Assembly (NCBI GenBank): GCA_963703315.1
Contig: OY969811.1
Location: 1,856,001-1,920,000 of the forward strand
DNA from: an uncultured cyanobacterium
GTDB taxonomy: Bacteria > Cyanobacteriota > Cyanobacteriia > Pseudanabaenales > Pseudanabaenaceae
Reading direction: 5' to 3'
Length of the DNA stretch: 64,000 nt
Below, one piece after another: positions 61,098-64,000 of the stretch. Under the pieces are notes generated by a model. It was not told where the DNA came from. It did no database searches and worked only from the letters and a program-made list of their open reading frames with translations. Positions within the stretch are counted from its first letter, which is position 1; each line of letters starts with the position of its first letter. The translations under genes and the position numbers were made by a program.

Positions 61098-62225
61098 ATG
61101 CTCTCTGCAAGCCCCGATCTGATATCTCTAGCCCGATCGCAAATTATTTTACTGACCCAAACTTTGGGTGCAGTCGCAAGCGCTATATATATCACCGAAA
61201 ATGTGGCGGATGGGATGCCCCCAAACCTAATCGAGGTAGCAGTTTTCCCTGAAGAAGGCGCGATCGCTTTGCCTGAGACTTTCTCTGCTGAGAGTTTGCC
61301 GATCCTGTCAATGGGGGGTGTGGGTTTGGTGAGACAGCGCCGCTTTGTCCTGCCTTTAATGTATGAAGAGTCAATTTTAGGCTTTTTGATGACAGGAAGG
61401 GACGATCGCGATTGGCTAGAGTATGAACAATCACAAATTCAACAAATTGCCAATACTTTAGCGATCGCCTGCGCTCTTGATCGCCGTAATCAATGGTTAG
61501 TTGCTAATCAACAACACAATTACGAACAACAAAGTAATTTCTTAGCTTCATTACTCCATCAATTGCGTAACCCTCTCACCGCGATTCGTACCTTTGCTCA
61601 GTTGCTATCAAAGCGGATTGTGGCTGAAGATCCTAATCAAAAATTTGTAACAGGTATTTTGCGCGAAACTCAGCATATTCAAGATCTCCTCACGGAAGCC
61701 GATCACCCTGCGCCACTTTTGCTCTCTCAAGCTGAAGGTGAAAAAGCACTTTTACCTGCGGCAATGGAACTAGTAGATGTTGATTTGACTAGCATTTTAG
61801 AAGCGACTATGAATTTTGCCAGTGCGATCGCTCAAGAGCGAAATATCCTATTTTTATCGAATATTCCATCCTATGTACCGAAGGTATTAGGCAATGAATC
61901 AGCGCTTAGAGAAGCGATCGGCAACTTAGTGGAGAATGCTCTCAAATATACATCTCCAAAGGGTTCAGTTTTACTAGGTGCAGATGTGAAGCCTGACACC
62001 GTTTATATTTATGTTCAAGATACAGGCGTGGGAATTCCTGAGGCTGATCTACCACGTTTGTTTGAGCGCAATTTTCGGGGACGGCAAGCTGGTGGTGATA
62101 TTTCTGGTACGGGACTGGGACTAGCGATCGCCAATGAATTAGTTCAAAAAATGGAAGGAAGTATTCACGTCATCAGTCAAGTTGGTAAGGGCAGCACATT
62201 TGCGGTTACGCTCAAGCGAGCATAG
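61098..62225 (+). CDS. GAF-histidine kinase, Hik2/CSK-like
   Basis: LLHQLRNPLTAIRTF, NLVENALKY, DTG.GIP, FRGRQA...ISGTGLGLAI. Confidence 0.88.
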   Translation: MLSASPDLISLARSQIILLTQTLGAVASAIYITENVADGMPPNLIEVAVFPEEGAIALPETFSAESLPILSMGGVGLVRQRRFVLPLMYEESILGFLMTGRDDRDWLEYEQSQIQQIANTLAIACALDRRNQWLVANQQHNYEQQSNFLASLLHQLRNPLTAIRTFAQLLSKRIVAEDPNQKFVTGILRETQHIQDLLTEADHPAPLLLSQAEGEKALLPAAMELVDVDLTSILEATMNFASAIAQERNILFLSNIPSYVPKVLGNESALREAIGNLVENALKYTSPKGSVLLGADVKPDTVYIYVQDTGVGIPEADLPRLFERNFRGRQAGGDISGTGLGLAIANELVQKMEGSIHVISQVGKGSTFAVTLKRA

Positions 62226-62227
62226 AC

Positions 62228-62296
62228 AAATCAAAACCCCAAAGATGAGGGGCGGCGCGAAGCGCCGCCCCTCATCTTCTAGCGCAAAGCGCTGTA
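62228..62296. repeat. Hybrid MITE/REP hairpin
   Basis: aagatgaggggcggcgc-gaa-gcgccgcccctcatctt followed by ctagcgcaaagcgctgta. Confidence 0.78.
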
Positions 62297-62297
62297 G

Positions 62298-62978
62298 TTA
62301 AAGTGCTAGTTCTAATAGAAAGCCAACGCGACTATCGTAAATGAGAGGCGATCGCCTCCATTCGATTTTTGTACCTAGGCGTAAATTATTGGTAATCGCG
62401 TAGCTAGAAGAAAGCGCCGTTGTACTCATCTCCAGATTGCCACTAGGAGAAGTAAAAGTATGGCTCAAACGTAAATCTGAACTATGGGGCGATAGTACTA
62501 AAATTCCTTGTAAGCCGACATCTAATCCTGAAATTTGGGGACGATCTAACTGGTTAAATTGACGATAGCCGACAATTGGCGAAATATTCCAGTAAGAACC
62601 TAAGGGAAACACATAGTAGCGAATATTTGCCTGAAGTTCACTTTCTCGACCACTAAACTCAGTCTGATAGCTACCACTCATTGTCAAAGGAGACTGCCCC
62701 ACAAATATATCTTCAAATCCCACCTCAGCACCTAACGCATGATCTCGTGACGTAATTCCAACTCTTAGCTTGGTATTAAAACTTGGGATATTATGAATAT
62801 CGTCTAAAAGGTTAGGAGGATTGTCGAGCCAACGTCTCAGCACTGGACTACTCTCAATCACCTGTCGATCAATTTCTAGATCATTAGCTCGTCGTGATAG
62901 TTTGGTGTCACCATAGGCTGCGGTGCTAATACTGAAATAGGAAATTGCAGCTATAGCGATCGCCCAATTTTTTGTCAT
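62298..62978 (-). CDS. Secreted beta-rich cyanobacterial hypothetical protein
   Basis: Signal peptide; IESSPVLRRW...PP, YYVFPLGSYWN; start set at MTKNW. Confidence 0.75.
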   Translation of the reverse strand: MTKNWAIAIAAISYFSISTAAYGDTKLSRRANDLEIDRQVIESSPVLRRWLDNPPNLLDDIHNIPSFNTKLRVGITSRDHALGAEVGFEDIFVGQSPLTMSGSYQTEFSGRESELQANIRYYVFPLGSYWNISPIVGYRQFNQLDRPQISGLDVGLQGILVLSPHSSDLRLSHTFTSPSGNLEMSTTALSSSYAITNNLRLGTKIEWRRSPLIYDSRVGFLLELAL

Positions 62979-63094
62979 AGTTTTTAAGATGTTGTTTGAG
63001 ATGTGATTTGAGGCTAACGGTAGGAGATATAGATAATTATGCACAGATTTTCTCATCAGTTACGGTGGATTGCGATCGCCATAATGCCGAAAAC

Positions 63095-63135
63095 AAAAAA
63101 ACAGAGGCGATGCAAAGCATCGCCTCTGTTTTTTT
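63095..63135. terminator. Hairpin downstream of Pro-rich gene
   Basis: aaaaaaacagaggcgatgc-aaa-gcatcgcctctgttttttt. Confidence 0.72.
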
Positions 63136-63152
63136 TCTGGATAAGCAATAGC

Positions 63153-64000
63153 CTATTTAGCTACAGCTTTAGGCTCGGCTTCTAACTTTGACTTTTCTTC
63201 AGGCTTAGCACTTTCTGGTTGAGAGATATCTTTACGAGAGGTAAAGTAATCCCTTAGCTTCTTGGTAGGATTTTTTACTTCAAGAGCTTTATCTGCTTGA
63301 ACAGGTTCGGGTTTAACAGGTTCAGATTTTGGTGCTGTCTTAGGAGCATCGGGAGTAGATTTAGGAGCAATCACGGGTTTAACAGGTTCAGCAGTAGGTG
63401 CAGTCTTGACCTTGTTAATCACGGGCTTCACAGGCTCTACAACCACAGGTGCAGCCTTAACCTTAATGGGGGTAACTTTGACCGACTCAACTGCTGGTGC
63501 AACCTTAACGGCTGGTGCAACCTTAACTGGTTCTACTTTAACTGGTGCAACCTTAATTGGTTCAACAGGAGCAGCTTTTACCTTGATGGGGGCAATCGCT
63601 TCGGGAGTCGATTTAATCGGTACTACAGGAATTGTGGTGAATGAATTAGGAGACTGTACAGCTTTATCAATAGGTTTTACCTCTTCCTTTTTAGGAGCAG
63701 GTGCAGCACTAGGAACTACGGTGTTAGGGACTACTGTAACGGGAACTACTACGTTTGTTGTCTCTTTTACCTTTTCAGGAGTAGCAACAGGGGCAGGAGC
63801 TTTAACTTCAGGTGGTGTAACCACAGGAGCAGGGATGACCTCAACAGGTGTAGGAATAACCTCTGGAGCAGGTGGCACATAGTCAGGGTTGGCGATCGCA
63901 TCGATATTGGCAATCTTTTCACCACTTACCAAACGAGACAGCGTATCTTGACCATTGGGCTGAAAATCGATCAGATGGGCGGTACTGTTAAAGACATTAG
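63153..64000 (-). CDS. C-terminal part of a protein with long Pro/Val/Lys/Ala-rich tail (5' end outside window)
   Basis: Frame open to the window edge (NVFNSTAHLIDFQPNGQDTLSRLVSGEK...); KVAPAV and EPVKPV repeats. Confidence 0.8.
   Translation of the reverse strand, partial: NVFNSTAHLIDFQPNGQDTLSRLVSGEKIANIDAIANPDYVPPAPEVIPTPVEVIPAPVVTPPEVKAPAPVATPEKVKETTNVVVPVTVVPNTVVPSAAPAPKKEEVKPIDKAVQSPNSFTTIPVVPIKSTPEAIAPIKVKAAPVEPIKVAPVKVEPVKVAPAVKVAPAVESVKVTPIKVKAAPVVVEPVKPVINKVKTAPTAEPVKPVIAPKSTPDAPKTAPKSEPVKPEPVQADKALEVKNPTKKLRDYFTSRKDISQPESAKPEEKSKLEAEPKAVAK

Noticed and set aside
63297..63882. Plus-strand ORFs with pentapeptide-like GATLT repeats
   Set aside because: Antisense shadows of the Pro-rich minus-strand gene
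1..64000. CRISPR array, tRNA or rRNA
   Set aside because: No regularly spaced repeat-spacer run and no recognisable structural RNA; repeats are dispersed hairpins

Overview
Chromosomal window of a HIP1-rich (GCGATCGC) cyanobacterium; gene content and repeat style suggest a Pseudanabaena-like genome (inference). The backbone is housekeeping: acs, ycf4, cyclophilin, coaD, chorismate lyase, dxs, apcF, fbaA, ruvC, purT, sppA, a GT2 glycolipid synthase, carB, NurA-like nuclease and two-component genes. Accessory parts are two toxin-antitoxin (TA) clusters (~12.6-17.7 kb and ~49.4-56.1 kb) whose modules are bracketed by direct repeats ending at HIP1 sites, one IS701-family and one IS4-family element, and about 35 intergenic hairpin/MITE-like repeats of several TA-flanked families, some nested in each other. 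Best leads: (1) a candidate +1 programmed ribosomal frameshift (TTT_CGT_TAA, 51857-51865) joining a 123-aa ORF to a membrane/coiled-coil/Cys-His ORF with no good start; (2) repeat hairpins whose arms appear to be copied from flanking DNA, including gene 3' ends; (3) repeat-bounded TA cassette arrays. No CRISPR array, tRNA or rRNA was recognised. All assignments are by eye, without database searches.
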